Positions 50,273 to 62,605 of a stretch of DNA of 64,000 nt are shown here, in pieces (position 1 is the first letter of the stretch; each line of letters starts with the position of its first letter). The notes below the pieces were generated by a model. The model saw nothing but the letters and a program-made list of their open reading frames with translations, had not been told where the DNA came from and did not search any database. The DNA lies in contig MU054001.1 in the NCBI GenBank assembly GCA_013239625.1, positions 3,168,151-3,232,150 on the forward strand. Reading direction: 5' to 3'. Origin of the DNA: Lama guanicoe (Eukaryota). The translations under genes and the position numbers were made by a program.

Positions 50273-50830
50273 CTGTATCCATCAGGACTGTTTTGGAAGT
50301 GACAGGAGAGCAATTCAAGCTGGGTGAGTTGCAAAAGAAAATATATTGGCTCATGGACTCCAGAAAAGATTGACCATCCAAGCTAGGGGAAGGTCAAGGA
50401 TGGAACCTAATTTTAGGAGCAATAATAATAACGAATAGTGATTTGAGTGCTACTCAGAGTCTCTCTGTGTTTTACATTTCAACTTTCTCTGTCTGCTCTT
50501 TTTGTTTTCTCTGTTTGCTCTTTTTATTTTCTCTGTTGGAAGCTTGGCTTCTTTGGCCTGGAGGGAAGCATGGTCACCAAGACCTCCTCGGTTTTCTGTC
50601 TGACAGCTTTCACCACTGGTGGCAGATGGCTAATGCTTCTTGGTTACAGACTGACAAGTCCCAGAGCAGGGTGCTGATTGGCTCAGCCCTGACCCTTTGC
50701 CCAATCCTGGGGGTGCTCAGTGTTCCCAGGGGATTAGAGAACCACAATTGGCTTGGTTGTCTCAGATGTCCACCTTCAAACAACCATGAAAGGCTGGAGG
50801 GGTAAGGTAATGCAGTTTCTCTGGAAAAAA
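50273..50830 (-). mobile_element. Old MaLR (MLT1K/L-like) LTR
   Basis: tgtatccatcaggactgttttggaagtgacag...aaatatattggctcatg...ctgattggctcagccc. Confidence 0.55.
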
Positions 50831-50989
50831 AAATGGTAGGCAGATAGCCACCATTTTCTACGCATTGTTTCTATCATTCATTCAACATTCTTTGCATGCT
50901 TACTATGTTTCATGCATTCTGCCAGGATGAGCTGGGGAAGAGAAATAAAGCGTAGGCAATTCTTATCTGATCACCTGGTGGGAGAGGCT

Positions 50990-51230
50990 AGAGAGGCAAT
51001 GTGGCCTAAGGGTTGGGTACTCAGGGATTAAAAATGCCAGGCTGAGTATCTTAGTTATAAGACTTACGAGATTGTGATCCCAGGACTCTGATTTCAGTCT
51101 CTTCATCTATAAAATGGGGGTAACAATCAACTCTCTCATGAAACAGCTATGAGGTTTAGTGAGCCATGTGTAAAATATCTCATAGTGCCTCCCATGGAGT
51201 AAGCACTCAATCAAATTTAGCTATCATTTC
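50990..51230 (+). mobile_element. MIR SINE
   Basis: tcagtctcttcatctataaaatggggg...gtaagcactcaatcaaatttagctat. Confidence 0.75.
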
Positions 51231-51283
51231 ATGTATGATCATAAGTCAAGGTGGAAGGAATTATGTTTTGAAATGAAAATACA

Positions 51284-51373
51284 GGGGGAGGGTATAGCTT
51301 AGTGGTAGAGCACATGCTTACCATACAAAAGTTCCTGGGTTCAATCACCAGTGCCTCCATCAAATCAACAAAC
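51284..51373 (+). mobile_element. tRNA(Ala)-derived camelid SINE (Vic-1-like)
   Basis: gggggagggtatagcttagtggtagagcacatgcttaccatacaaaagttcctgggttcaatcaccagtgcctcca plus an A-rich tail. Pol III A box (TAGCTTAGTGG) and B box (GGTTCAATCAC) are present; the anticodon arm is decayed. Confidence 0.85.
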
Positions 51374-51594
51374 CCTATGCAAAGGAACTCAGACAAATAA
51401 TACTGGCAGTAAGGTCCAAAGAAAGCATCGTTAGAAGAATAATTTAATCTTTAAGATTTGAACAGAAGGGATGGAAGATAAATGGCACTTAAGAAAGATG
51501 GACAATTCAGGAAGAAGGAGCAGCATGGGTCCAAATAAGAGGACATGACATGAGCAAAGGAAGTTTTGATTTATACAGGGTTTTTAGAGCCTGA

Positions 51595-51595
<1 letters not shown>

Positions 51596-51632
<37 letters not shown>
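51596..51632. repeat. (AC)n microsatellite
   Basis: Directly visible. Confidence 0.95.
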
Positions 51633-51635
<3 letters not shown>

Positions 51636-52693
51636 GACAGAAGATGTTACTATAAAGGAGGTTTGTATTGAGACTGTGAAGAAATTGAAAGCCAAGCAAA
51701 GGGATTGGGACTTGACTGAATAGAAAAGGGAGAGTCGTTGAAGGTTTTGGAGCCTGGAACTGAGTAACAGGATCTAAATGCACATTTGTCATTGAATAAA
51801 GGCTTTTATTAGAGCCTAAGTTACTAAAAGAATAAATTAGAAATCCCTTTCAGTCTCATCTCTTTTTCTGTCTTTGTTAGATATGGGTGCAGAGAAACAT
51901 TTCTCCATGATTAGGAAACAGTTATCATAAGGACTGTTATAAATGACAACCAGCACTCAATCTCAGTTTTGGAGGCCAATAAGGAACAGTGGGGACTATG
52001 GCAAATTAGGGACCATGAGTCCCTCAAAAGAAGACAACCACTTCTCAGCTTCATTAGATGTTTAACATGCAGCTGTACAGGCCCAGTGTTAGCAAATATT
52101 CTGATGGGTCTAGAAAAGCTTAAAAATCTAGATTTTTTGTGAAATTCTCACTTTGTTTTGTTTTCATGTTGGCTGAATTGTGTGTTTTTCCTTTTTTTTT
52201 TTCTTAATCTATAGGTTAAATGAAATATTTATGGACTGAATTTGTCTTATGGACCATCAGTCTGAGGGCCCTGGATTCAAGATGACCCAGAATTAAATAC
52301 TGATCTGGAGATCTGGAAACCTTTACTGTATGACCATTCCACAGTTTTTGCTAAAGGACTCAGCAACGAAAACAAAGAAAGAAAATGCCATGCGCTAGAA
52401 GTATTCCCAGAAAACCAAAAGACATCTAAAGAGCTGAAGTTATCAAATGTAAAAGAAATTAATTAAAATTTTAAAAACAAAAAAGACACATAGAGAGAGC
52501 TCATAACAACCACAGATGGATTTTCACATTTAGTCATAACCTAGGTGTCTGATTTTCAATTCTACATGACATTTTCCATGGATGCTGCTTAAAAAAACAA
52601 AAAAACAAAAAACAACAAAAAAAAGACTAAGGTACAGTGACATGGAGAGAATCAAGGCTTTAGCATTTGAGAAATCTGAGTTAAAATGACTAA

Positions 52694-52800
52694 TTTTTTT
52701 GTTATTATTATTGAAGAACAGTCAATTACAATGTGTCAATCTCTGGTGTATAGCACAATTTTCCAGTCATGCATGTACATACATATACTCATTTTTGTAT
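52694..52800 (-). mobile_element. Short L1 3' fragment (same family as 6393-6740)
   Basis: attgaagaacagtcaattacaatgtgtcaatctctggtgtatagcacaattttccagtcatgcat aligns by eye with 6430-6515. Confidence 0.75.
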
Positions 52801-53254
52801 TTGGCTGTCATTTTGACAGGAACATTTATATGGCAAAGTATTACCTGTAGCAGTTTATATTACTTACTATTGCTACGCAATGCTGTAGAAGAAGCAACTA
52901 CAAAATATCAGCGTCATACAACAATAAGCGTGTGTTGCTTATTGATCTTGGCTGGCCTTGCGTGTGCTTCTTCAAGTTTACTCTGTTCCCCATGTCTCTC
53001 CTCTTCCTCCTTGCATGAGCAGCACACAGCACACCCAGGACCTTCACACAATGATGACAGAGATGGAGGAGAATAGATAGCAAGAAATATGCAAGGCCTC
53101 CTAAGCTTCAGCTCACACCTGGCACATGATCACCACTATCAGCCAAAGGAAGGCACTTGGTAGAGGGCATGGGTATGGAGAGGCACAAAGAATCTTTGCA
53201 GTCTACCACACTCACCAAAACTGGGAACAGCTCAGATGCCAACCAACTTACAAT

Positions 53255-53700
53255 GGACAGATAAATCAGGGCACAGTTCCTAAACAGAAAATATTGCAGC
53301 AATAAAGAAGATGAATGTGCCGAGGCTTCACTCAGCAACCTGGATAAATCTTACAAACCTGCTATTGAAGAAAAGAAGGAAAACACAAATGAATAAACAC
53401 AATACGTATCTATCCCTAAAAAGTTCAAAGAGAGGCAAATTCAACTAGATCGTGTATCTACCTATATAGGTGGTAAAACCATAAAAACAAGGGGAGAAAA
53501 TGATTATCAGAAAAGTTGAAACAGTGGCTCTGTCTGTTCTAAGTGTCCTGATCAGAAAGGGACAGAAGGGGAGATGGGGCTGCTCTGTCCTGACCTGGAC
53601 TGTAGTTACTCAGCCGCTTTGTCATTGTTCGTCAGACTCTGCATTTCCGTTTTAAACAGTTTTCCATATGAATGCTATACTTCATTAAAGTTGTTTTTTT
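53255..53700 (+). mobile_element. L1ME 3' end remnant
   Basis: cagcaacctggataaatcttacaaac...aaaagttcaaagagaggcaaa...ggtggtaaaaccataaa...tgctatacttcattaaag. Confidence 0.65.
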
Positions 53701-56700
53701 AAGTTCAGTTATAAGTCAAAATAAAAAGACTAAAAGTTATGGATGAAAAACATCCAGTTTTGCTATTTAAATCTGATGTGATTGGGAGAGAGCTATGTTA
53801 ACTCTGTATCTCCATTTTTTTCTTTGGTGACAGGCTTGTCTTTGGTCTCTCAGGCTTGTCCTAAGGAGTAGATGAGAAAGTGCCTAAGAGAGGATTTTAA
53901 AAAAATGTATATTAAAAATAATTTCTATGCCTTTGACATTAAGAAAACGGGTGGGAGACTAATTCTGAAATCATGTTCCCTAGCAGTGCTTCTTGTATTT
54001 TCTTATTTCTCTAAAAGGGGAATAAAGCAGGGGAGGAACGTGTACTCAAGTGTATATAATTCCAAAGTAACTAATTCAAGGGGAAGAGGGTCCCAATAAC
54101 CATAAAACACCCAAATCCCAAAGATGAGCCACAGGGCAGTGTGGGAGCACCCCCGGTACATTTGGGAGCCCCACCAGAATACAAAGCGCTTGGAGAATTT
54201 TTTTTAAGTTCATCCCGTTATCCTTCTGGTGTGAAAAAAATGAGTCCAGGAAGCTTCTCAGTGTGTAAATCAGATCTATCCCTGTGACCACTGATACCGA
54301 GAACTCTCAGGACAGGACGGCTCTGGAGAGGAGCGTGGTGTGGCCGGCCCCTCGGCGCAGGGCTCCCCGCTGCCTGCCAGATGGAGCTGGGTCCTCCCGG
54401 GAGGTCTGCCCTGACAGCAAACGGTTATCTTTACCCCATCCTTCATGTCCCCTCTTATCAGCAGAGGAATGTGGGGAGGTAGCAGGCATTAGCTGTGAAG
54501 GCATTTGGGATTTTGTGAGGGTGAGTGCATCAGAATGGGGGCCTACAGGCCTTCAGCACCTTCTCCAAATAGGTGTGTGTGACCTGCCGCGGTGGAATCC
54601 TCTGGTCCAGCTGAAGGTGTGAGCCTCAAAGACTGCACAGATACTATTAAAAGGAGCCAGCATTTTTGAGTCCTTGCTGTTTACAAACACCGTCTTAAGA
54701 GCTCACCAACCCCCCAGCCAACACTTTCTGCCAACAACCAGGTTCCATTCTTATCTCTCTTTTTAACTTCAGAAAGTGAGGCAGGGAGAGATGGTATAGG
54801 AGCTAGAGGTGACCCAGGGAAAGTGGACTATGATTCAGGTGAGAGGGGTGCCCATGCTGGTGGGACAGCCCTGGTCTGAGGAGTGGTTGGGAGCGTGAGG
54901 GGGGAAAGCTGGGTACTGGATGGTAACCATGGCCAACTTTGCAGCCTTTGTTCTATGGCTTTGTTTTTTTCTCAGACATCTCACACACTTGCAAATGTAA
55001 GTATAAAACCCATTCCCAAACCAACTACACAGAAGCGATCCTTTGCTTCTCCCCTGTTTCAGATCATTTGCTATCTTGGGCACAGAAAACAGAGAAATTG
55101 ACACACTGCATATGATGTCAGCCAGGATTACTGTACCATTTTCCAACGACTTTGGGTCCATGGGTTGGGTTTTGTCTGCTATCAGTTACCCTTTCTCTCT
55201 GGAAAGGGAGTTGTTGAAATAATCACAGAGAACAGGTACACTCTCCCCCCAGCCCCGGCCCCTCTCCCCCCAGCTCACGGGGGCGGGGGAACCTTTCCCA
55301 CCCCTCAGCCTCTCCGGCCCCAGCTGCGGGGGCCTGGTCCTCCCGACTTTATAGAGAAAGGGAATTCCAAGGAGAACCTTGGGCTGGTTTATTTTTAATT
55401 GTTGACCTCCAAGGCCTTCTGTTTGCATCTGTTTCTTAAATCGCGAGCTCAGCTGTGAAATGCCCTTTATGATGTTGTTTTATTGGTGGGCCATTCAGGG
55501 ACCCAGCGCCACACAAACAGGATAAATATTTTTCTTTGCAGCGCACACCCCACGTTGGGGGCCACGGAACAAGGGGAGCGAGGATCGTTTGTTTACGAGC
55601 TCTGATTCATTCATTACTTGGCCAGGAGCTGTGAAATGTAAATCTCACATTCCGCGGGGACAATCACCGCCAGCTTGAGCTCATTTGGAGGTGTGATGTT
55701 CCACTCAAAAGGAGGCTGTTAATTTTACTGACCAAATTTGGAAAGTGGGCGCTCCAAAATTAAACAGGGCCTTCGGAAAAGAAATCAACCTTTAGGTTTC
55801 TCAAAGACCTGGAGAGTGGTCATAGGGTTTTGTTTTTTGATTTTTTTTTCTGTCTCCCCACCCCACACCCAACCTCCAACAAAGAAACTTCAAATGCCAG
55901 GGCTGTTTACCGGAAGCCTCAAGTAAAATAGCTGTTTGCCTCATTTTCTAGTTTCAAAAGAGTTGCTCTCTCTGAGATAGGTTTGTCAGTATTAATTATA
56001 GCAACCTTTGCTGAGCGCTTGGCTCTCTGCTTTCATTACATTATCTCCTGTAATTCACACAGCCACCTCGGAAGGGTTTGTTGTTATGGCCCCTGTGTTA
56101 CACGCCGGAAACTGAAGCTCAAAGCAAAGGAGACTCTTGCCTTGGGCCCCAGGGCTGAGGCTCAAAAGCAGCAGGTCCACTCTGACTCCAGGGCCTGGGT
56201 GCCTCAGCCACCCGGCTCTCCTGCTCTCTCTTTCAAAGTTGACTTTTCTGGCGCTTTAGAGCGACAGTTCCCAGCAGCCACTAAGCAGTTAGGGACTGCA
56301 GATTCAACCCGTTCTGTTCACGCTCAGAACAAAAACAGGAATCTGAGTGGCTGAAAGAGCTCAAAAGCTCCATACTGTCCTCACCGCTGGTCTGCCCCCC
56401 TGCCCCTCCATGGTCAGGCACGGGGTCCGCAAAGAAGAAATATCTTCAACTTCAAAAGTCATCCTTGGGATTCCCGGTCCCCGCCCCTCCTTGCACTCTC
56501 TTTACGCCTGGCAGGAAAGGGTCAATTCAAATCAAATGAGGCAGAGATTGAGATGGCACAGGGCATCCGGGGCTCCACTGGGTGTTTACCCACAGAATGA
56601 GTGGGCCCAGGTCAATATTTGGACGTGGCGAAGGCCCGGTTTATAATTGTGCAGACTTGTCTCTGAATTGGGCTTTGAAATGTGCGTTTGCCATGTTTCT

Positions 56701-57293
56701 CTGTGGCCTCATTCTTTTCGGAGGGGAAAGGCTATTTGGGGAGATTTTCTTTAGAAAGGTTGCTGGGGGCAGCGAAGAAAAAGGGACAAGTTCAGAATAT
56801 CCCAACGTGATATGAAAAAAAAATGTAAACCATGTCACAAAAGCTCTGCCATCAAGAAATGTTATTGTTGGTTGAATGGTAGGAACCATCTGGGTCTCTT
56901 TTAATGACCGGGGGCCCCCTCGGTGGATGGTACAGATGCCTCTTTTGTTATTGGTGCGATCTTGTAAATAGTTAAAATATTTACCAAGGCACCTCTGAGC
57001 CGGAGCTATCCCATTTTATTATTTATACCTTTTCAGAGGGACAAAAATGGAGGTGTCCACTAAACGTGATGGATTAGGCTTATAAACAGCCATTATGGCC
57101 GTCAAACCTCGAATGTCAGCTTCTCCTTTGTGTCTGCGCATTTCTAAGCTAACCAGTGATCCATGCATAAGATAGGAGGTTAAGAATGCGCAGAGAAAAG
57201 GAGGGTTGGCTCCGAGCAAGATGTATCTTCTGCTGATTAGAAATACAGCTGTAGAAAGTGAGGGGGACGCTGGGCGGGAGGCGAGAAAAGGGA

Positions 57294-57382
57294 CGTGCGT
57301 GTGCGTGTGCGTGCGTCTGTGTGCGTGTGTGAGCGCGTGTGTGCGTGCGTGCGTGCGTGTGTGTGTGTGTGTGTGTGTGTGT
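57294..57382. repeat. Compound (GTGC)n/(GT)n microsatellite
   Basis: Directly visible alternating purine-pyrimidine tract of ~90 bp. Confidence 0.95.
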
Positions 57383-59515
57383 AGGCAGAAGAGAGGGAGC
57401 TGGGAGGTGCAGAAGTCTGGACTGCAACCTGACACGCTGTATTTCAGTTCTCAAATTTGAGACTGAAAACCTGCAAGGCCTCTACCTGCCAAGCATCCTT
57501 CAGCTGTTTTCTTAACTGATTGCAGCTGGCTTTTGTTTTCCCAAGATAAAAATCAGGAAATGCAAAAATTGAATAGGATTTAAGAAGATAAAGGATGGGC
57601 CCTCCCTGGGAAGAGGGAAAAGGGCCAGCCAGCAGGTACCAAAGCTTGTGGACAGAGGGAGATCCTGTCTCTTGCTAATTAAGTAAAACATCTTAAAATG
57701 GGACAGAGGCAGCCTGTGTGGCAGGTGATCTGTGCGATGCCTAAAAGCTGAACCAGAGTGACTGACTCCCAAAAGTGAGACTCAAAATACCTGGTAAAGT
57801 TAGATGTTAAGGAAAGAGGATATTTTTAAGTCAAACTATTTATAATTTATAATAGGATATATTATCAATCCCATTAGTGCAAGAAAACAAAGTAACTTTT
57901 CTTGCAGGTAAAGGGGGTGAATGTAAATTATATTATTGTTGGCCCAGGATTTTGCTGCACATGTGTTGGAAACAGTTTCTGTCAAAAGTGGCTTCCATTA
58001 TAATTTTACTTTTAAACCCCAGCTCCTTTAATCTCCCAGAGTTTGTTGCTGATTTCCTGCCACACCACAAACTATGCCTGCAACTCAGCCCCTTGCTCTC
58101 TTAAAAGGAAGCTGTAGAGTTCACAGGCAAACAGCTCGTGCTTGCTTTAGAAAGGATCAGGCTCCAAGTGCTGAAAAATCATCTACCAACTCTAAACAGA
58201 AAGTAGAATTTTAATTTTGGTGAAATATTTCCTAGCTGTGTCCTCTAGGATCTAACTGAGAATGTATGACCTCATTTATTTATTTACTTATTTACTTGTT
58301 TATTTTGGGGACTTGGATGAGAACTTATTGATGTAACTAACAGAAAATTGTATTTCCCCATGGCTTTGCACACAGAAGAGAAAAAGAAGACATTTAGAGA
58401 ATACTAAGAAACTAACAAACTTCCTTCTCAGATTAGTAACCAAGGGGCAGCTCCATCCTGAGGATTCCCCCCTTTGGTTTCCTTTAACTACCTCCTGGAG
58501 AAATATCACACCACCCCTCCCTGCCCCAATCAGGCTGGTATCCACCACATTAGTATGCTGGTGCATTAACTAATTTGCCTCTATAAATGCTGAGATCTGA
58601 ATCACACCACTGTTTTGGCTAGAGACTAAATAATTTCTCTCATCACTTTCTTTGGAGAGAAAAAAGAAAGAAAGAAAAAGAAACACACACACACAACACA
58701 CATTTTCTAAACAGCTTTCTAACTCAGGCTATGGTCCTTGACATTAATAAGTGGGTGATGATTTGGCTCAGAAGCATCTTCTATAAAACGGACGCTCAAT
58801 GTAAACCTCCTTTAAGACAGTAATTTTACTTTTTACTCACAATTACAAGTAATACTAATAACTTTGATCTGCCAACCCTCATGTAATAATCACAAATTCC
58901 TATCCAGGCTCGCTTGATGGTTCCCCTGGCAAATTTCAAAATACAGACACACTACTATGCCCATGTTTGATTACTGCTACATGTAATCTCACCCACTCAT
59001 GAATGAAAAAGAACTTTCAGTAACTCAGAAAAAGTTGACAAAGCAAAAAGAGCTTGGAAAATGTCAGGCAGTTGAACCAAACATTTTTAATATTCTATAT
59101 GATTATACAAAAATGGAACACTTATATGTTATGCATCACATGGTTCGTAGGGCCCATCCACAGAGCCCAGAGCCACTAATTGCATCACTTCCATAGCCCC
59201 TGCTTTCCTGATAAACACACACACAAACCCTAAAATATTACACTGAAGTCTGAAAAAACACCCACAAACTTTCAGAAGGCATATCCTTCTGTCCTCTTAG
59301 ATAACCCTGGACAGTTACTTTGAAAATAGCTCTCACCACTTTGGTAAGAAACAAAAAGATTTGTGCTCTTATTGATACCTCCTCCCTATCCATCTAGTCA
59401 GGAGCTTTTGATTATTCCTGAAAGAAGCCAGTTCCAGAAGCCCAGCTAACCTCTCTCTAATATCAGGATGCAGGGCAGCTGACATTTTGGTCATCAGTGA
59501 GGAAAATGCCCAGGT

Positions 59516-59641
59516 AGGGCTATCAGATTTAGCAAATAAAAATATAGGATATCCAGTTAAATCTGAAGTTCAGATGATCAAGAAATTTTTATTTTTATTG
59601 TAAGTATGTTCCCATTTGAGATATAGTTATCTGGCAGCACT
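59516..59641. mobile_element. MER53 MITE with most of the right arm deleted
   Basis: agggctatcagatttagcaaataaaaatataggatatccagttaaatctgaagttcagat...taagtatgttccca...ttatctggcagcact. Confidence 0.8.
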
Positions 59642-59879
59642 ACTACAAGGAAGCCTGACATTGAGTATATTTCTGCTAGAGATGAGCAATCTAGACCCAG
59701 AAGGAAGCCAGGAGCCTAGGAGCTCTGGGAGAGTGACTGATCCTGGGCATCTTACTTCTTACTTTATGATTTTAAATAAGAAAGAGGGCACACACGCCCA
59801 GGACACGGAAGAACTCTCAGAGTGAAGTGTCTCACTGAGGGATAGGAAGGCAGTGGCAGCCCGTGGGAGGCTGTCACCA

Positions 59880-60050
59880 GCAACTAACTAGAGCTAACAT
59901 CTAGTCTAACACAGTAACTCACTCTTCCTCACAATAATTCAATGAGGTAGAACTCTCATGCCCATTTTACAGATGCAGACACTGAGGCACAGTTTCCAGG
60001 GCCACACAGCTGTGGAACAGAGGTTTCAACCCAGACAGTCTGGCTCCAGC
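59880..60050 (-). mobile_element. MIR SINE. Other MIR copies are at ~2370, 12000, 12350, 24920, 25230, 33790, 44570, 54640, 55985, 62200, 62810 and 63020.
   Basis: cccattttacagatgcagacactgaggcacag...gccacacagct...cccagacagtctggctccag. Confidence 0.8.
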
Positions 60051-62398
60051 TTAAAATAAAATGATAGCAAATCCTCAAAAGAAACAATTTAACTTTCCAA
60101 AGGACCTCAGCTGTACACAGAGGCTAAAATTAAAATGGCTACTCCCTCATTTCCACCACATACCCTGCCACCTCTGCCCTGGCATTGTTGGAGCCCCAGA
60201 CCATGCCTGGTCTGCCCAGTGAGGAATCAGTGCTGGAAACAGGGTGGGGAGGAATATGTGTGTGAGAGAACAGGACAGTGGTGAGCCCCTGTGATACCCC
60301 ACCAGAGTCCCCTCTCCGACCCACCTCTCCCAACCCACAGGGGCAGAGGGCAGTCAAAGGCATGAGCCTGCAGGCCCAAATGAGGAGCTCCGGCAAAAAC
60401 TTTTTTAAATTTAAAGACCACCCAGGTGCATGCTGGTCTGTCCCCAGTTTAGGGTCTTTGCCTCTTGCTTTCCAGCAAGAAAAGAAACAGATGTGATGCC
60501 CATTCATGTCTCATGGAGACAGAAGGGGAGGGAGGAACCGGGGGGCTGGGGGTGGGGGGAGCGCAGCACTGTCTTTGGCCTATGCATTCTGTCTTGAGGG
60601 ATGGGGACTTAACTTCCACAGGGTCTGAGCTTGTGGCTGTCACCTGTCAACTCAAAGTCCGGCACATGGTAGGCGATCAATACATGGATGTTCAATTGAA
60701 TTAAAATTAAATAATGCAATCAAAACTCTTGGTGGTGCCCAGGGAGTGGGTTTAAGACTGGCCTGGCCTTGGGATTTGGATCCTGACCAGATGAGTTTCA
60801 CTTGGTTGGAGTTACCATTTGTTGAGGGGTCGGGGGATGGCTGGCTTCCCTCCTTCCCTCCCTGGACTCGTTCAGTTCAGATTGTCCTAAACAATTATCC
60901 CCAAAGGGGAAAAAAAAAAGTCCTGTTGAACAAATCCTCCACTTTTGTCTCCTCCGGGGCTGCAGACCGTGGTCCCTGCTTATTCAGCCCTCCCTCCCCC
61001 CCATCCTGTGCCTGGGACGGTCTGTGGTTATGAGTCAATGATCAGACAGGAAAGGGCACGCTTACCGTAGGGGAGGAGGATTCAGCAGGGCTCTCGGCTT
61101 TGATGCTGGCTCTTACATCCTGAATGCATGAAAGGCTATGGGAGGGAAAGGAAGAAATATAAAAGCAGAAAGGAAGAAAATGTTATTAAAAAAAGAAGAA
61201 GTTGAAAAAAGGGGTGGGGGGAGTGCTTAGTCTGAAATGTATCATCGACAAATATCTCGGGGAGACAAAAGCTAGTTAAAAACTGAGCAGAGATAAGCCG
61301 TCTCCTTCAGTGACTCATCTTCCCAGGGAATAATGGCAAAGAGGCGGTGTTTGGGAGGGAAGTGATGTGCAAATAGCAGTGTCCGTGAAGCTGGGGTTAA
61401 TTACAGGAAGGACTTCCAGGGTAATTGCCAATAAACAACGGGACAAGCAGAACTGGGCATCCGTGCTCATGCTCGTGCTTGGACGTCAGCTCTCTGTGAT
61501 TCGAGCAGGCTCCCCAAACACTGGCCCTGCCTCTGGGCGGTACCCAGAGGGGAGTACTCCTCCTTCAGAAGAGCCTCAGGCTGGGACCCTGTTGCCTTGT
61601 GGTCTGACCCAGCACCCCCAACACCCCAGTCCAGGACAGCCCCTTCTCACATTAATGCCTGAAAAATACAGGAATAAACTGCTGGCTATGCTGTTAAAAA
61701 ATGAACAATCTTGGCTCAAGAAAAGGCAAGAAGCACCCCTAAACCACCAGCTAAGTCCAGCCTGGGTATGGAGAACCAGGATTGGTATCTCTAAGTGTTT
61801 TTTAAAAAGGAGTGGGTTTCCCTCGGAGGCACCAAAAGCAGTTTGTCTTCATCTCATGCCCCCTTTTAAGAGATTAAAACATATGTTATCACTATGCAAT
61901 TTAAGTACAACTTGTGCTGGTCAAGTCCAGAAACCCACCACATCCTGGGGACGCAGAGTTAGAAGAAGAAGGAAGCTGGGAAGCACTTAGAAATGTTGGA
62001 AAAGAAAACCCCGCCCTCCTGCCAGCTCCCTCCATAGTCGCCGTCTTGTATGAACTGACGCACTTTCAGGATCCTGAAGGCGCACAGTCACCTCTCGGCT
62101 GCCCTGCTAAGGCAGTTCAGTGGAAACTCACACGAAGCAGATTCTCAGTCCAAAAAGACTGACTCTTGGTGACCCTATTGGGAGGACATGCTGGAAACCT
62201 GATGCGGGACAGCCACCAGCCTCCTGACCCAGCCTCGGTTTCCCCACCTGTGAAATGGGGAGGTAATCAAGATGGTGTGTCAGTGTGCCGGCAGCCCTCA
62301 CATCTGATTCCCTGTCACTTGGGGACCCCATGATCAGGTAATCCACCCTTGAGTGCCCGACCCTATTTCCCTGTCTCTTTTCTCGCTTCTACCGCCTT

Positions 62399-62605
62399 TA
62401 AAAAAAAAAAAAAGATTCAATTCTCTGTTTACAATGTTGTGTTCATTTCTGATGTACAGCGTAGTGGTTCAGTTATACATATATATATATTCCTTTTCAT
62501 ATTCTTTTCCATTATAGGCTATTGCAAGGTATTGAATATATATTCCCCGTGCTCTACAGTAGGACCTTGCTGTTTATCTATTTTACATATAGTAGTTAGT
62601 ATCTT
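62399..62605 (-). mobile_element. L1 3' fragment with a 12-bp TSD (1 mismatch)
   Basis: ttctaccgcctt (62387-62398) and ttctaccacctt (62606-62617) flank tttacaatgttgtg...cagtaggaccttgctgtttatctattttacatatagtag. Confidence 0.8.

Noticed and set aside
51284..51359. tRNA-Ala or tRNA-Gly gene
   Set aside because: The anticodon and T stems are mispaired and an A-rich tail follows; it matches a SINE head.
57019..57460. ORFs with HTHT/CVCV runs (also at 2146 and 51507)
   Set aside because: These are translations of dinucleotide microsatellites.
59516..59641. miR-1302-family hairpin (MER53-derived)
   Set aside because: Most of the right arm is deleted, so the long hairpin cannot form, and the mature-like segment is diverged.
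61367..61990. Longest ORF in the window (207 aa)
   Set aside because: GTG start, no recognisable domain or splice context, and composition like translated non-coding DNA. This length is plausible by chance in 64 kb across six frames.
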